NCBI RefSeq assembly: GCF_902652985.1
Contig: NC_047015.1
Coordinates: forward strand, 28,706,001 to 28,770,000
DNA: 64,000 nt
Source: Pecten maximus
Lineage: Eukaryota
Reading direction: 5' to 3'
Part shown: one piece after another, positions 62,001-64,000 of the stretch
Position numbering within the stretch: position 1 is the first letter of the stretch
Layout: each line of letters starts with the position of its first letter
The notes under the pieces: model-generated
What the model saw: the letters and a program-made list of their open reading frames with translations, nothing else
Told to the model about the DNA's origin: nothing
The model's database searches: none
Program-made: the position numbers and the translations under genes

Positions 62001-63197
62001 ATTGGAAGTTGGGTCAATAGCTATCATTGTTTTTATTATGATACAAGTTAATTACACGGTCCAACCTCGAATACGCTCCCTAGGTGTGGTCTCCTACTCT
62101 TAGAAAACGTCAGATAGCAAAAGAAATGTCTAACGTATATATATAACCACTAAAAGACTACACCCCACAGTTCCTACACGTCCTCATGATAAAGGGGAAT
62201 TATGGTTTATCTTATACATTGTAGTTAGTTACATCATATTTTAGAAACAATAACAAAGAATGGGGATACGTAATTAATTTTGAAGAAAAAATTAAAGTTG
62301 TATGAATGTTTAATTTTGAATTTATTTCATGAAACATCATTCTTATGATTGATGGTTTTGCAAAACCGTATGCAAGTCAGACAAGACCCGTGCAAAAAAA
62401 AAAAAAAAAAAAAATGGAAATCTTTTGTTGTTTAGAATTCTGAACTTTGTCCTTTTTCACTGTTGAGGCTACATTGTGTAAGGTTTTCACCTTAGCTCAG
62501 ACGCTTCCAATAAGTGAAGCAAACACGCAAGTGGTATGGATATAAAATGCTTTTAAGAATTTTGCTTGCCTTTGTTTAAATAACATGTTACGGGAATAGG
62601 TCTAGGTCATATTGCTACTGAGATTAATCAAAGTATTTACAGCATTTAAAAGGACAGCAAAAGCCAATTTTGTCAAGTTCTAAACGTTTTTAGGCCATTT
62701 TGATAGTCCAATATTGCTTTTTCAATGCAATACCTCTGTTGTAACAATTGGACAAACCTGTACGATGGTTTAGTTGAACTTGCTATACAGTTATAATTAC
62801 ACGTATACTGTATTTTTAAGAGGTAGATATTACACTTGTGATCAGGTATGTGATTTCCGCTATTTTCTTGGCCATTCAGGAAGCCGAAGCATTTTTTTCC
62901 AATGGTTGATTTCAGGAGACTTTTTTCAGTGTTATACATTGTACTGACAACTCTCTTTAAAAGAAAGTACATGTATAACTTTTCTATTACTATTTATAGA
63001 ATATACGGAGAATGGGAGATCCAACGTCCATAAAGGTAGTATCGGTGTAATTCTGTAATTTAGCTCTATTTATAGAATCATTATTAAACTTTTTTTTAAT
63101 TAGACTACATATATTGGTCCATTATGAGACAACCTTGAACAAGTTGGTCTTTCAGGGTGTTAAGGTCACAGTTGATATTTGTAGAAAACTAGGGCTA

Positions 63198-63612
63198 TTT
63201 CAGCTCACCTGGGCCAAAGGCCCTGGGGTCTTTCCCCACCCCTAGGGACTTAGTTTCTTTGATATAGCTTTGAAACCATTGAGATCCCCACCCCATAACC
63301 ATGTATAGCATCGTTGGACATAAAGAGATAAACACAATCATGATCTAAAAATAGGCCCTGGGGTCTTTCCCCACATCTGGGGACTTAGTTTCTTTGATAT
63401 ATCTTTGAAACCATTGGGATCCCCACTCTATAACCATATATAGCATTGTTTGACATCGACATGAACATTATTTTGACGTTTGGTCAAATCCAACCAAATA
63501 TATATGTCGATTGTAAAAGCTCAGCAAACGAGCTTGTGTTTAAATATACCGACGTTAAATAAAACTTGAACTTGAACAAGGTAAGCAATACAGGCCCTCT
63601 GGGCCTCTTGTT
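63198..63612 (-). mobile_element. Helentron-type non-autonomous element, reverse orientation
   Basis: AGCTCACCTGGGCCAAAGGCCC at left, CAATACAGGCCCTCTGGGCCTCTTGTT at right, internal ~130-bp tandem duplication. Confidence 0.6.
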
Positions 63613-63953
63613 TAATATGGTGCATTGAATGCAGTACATGTACAATGTTGTTAATTGTTGAATTACAGTAAGTTTGTTTAACGTAAATTACTTTGAAATA
63701 TTTTGTATAATTATATTTTGTAACGTTTATAGTGTTACATACAATGTATCGGAAAGCTACAATGTTTATCGTAGTTAAAGGGAGACCACTCTGATAACCC
63801 GCTGGTTCGTGGGTCACATCTGCAGTGGTCGTCGTCACGTCAGCATGCTAGCGTGTGTTGTGTAGTGGAGGATGCTGATTTGCAGTTTTAGTTCTTATTT
63901 TGGTATTTACCTGATGATCTGAGTGACATCCTGATACATCTACGATTGGAAAC

Positions 63954-64000
63954 ATGCCGGTGGACAAGACCAAGCGAGTTGGGCGTTTTTACTTCGGCGG
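63954..64000 (+). CDS. SLC25A10: First coding exon (truncated by window edge) of a second dicarboxylate carrier paralog
   Basis: AAACATG start, then MPVDKTKRVGRFYFGG, matching PDKTKRIGRWYFGG of the upstream gene. Confidence 0.75.
   Translation, partial: MPVDKTKRVGRFYFG

Noticed and set aside
61555-62103. 182-aa ORF as a host gene
   Set aside because: Decayed LINE RT with an internal insertion and frameshifts.

Overview
AT-rich eukaryotic genomic DNA with spliced genes. The SINE and Helentron-type repeat styles suggest a mollusc, probably a bivalve (inference). The minus strand carries two tandem paralogous genes for ~1745-aa NWD1/NWD2-like STAND proteins (DUF4062-like N-terminus, NACHT NTPase, WD40 repeats). 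Copy B (CDS 31680-42064) is intact. Copy A (CDS 4972-23331) has two apparent 1-nt deletions. Head-to-head with copy B is a 9-exon mitochondrial dicarboxylate carrier gene (SLC25A10, 48794-58094, 292 aa). It is followed by an exact orphan copy of its last exon inside a CR1-like LINE relic, and a second SLC25A10 paralog starts at the right edge (63954-64000). Introns and intergenic spaces hold about 20 unrelated minisatellite arrays, plus SINEs, Helentron-type non-autonomous elements and a TTAA-flanked MITE. Most notably, at least three arrays are amplified splice junctions of the host gene: 33 x 35 bp of the SLC25A10 exon-3 acceptor, 5 x 33 bp of an in-frame NWD-B acceptor, and ~7 x 67 bp of an NWD-B donor. 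All gene models and counts were made by eye.
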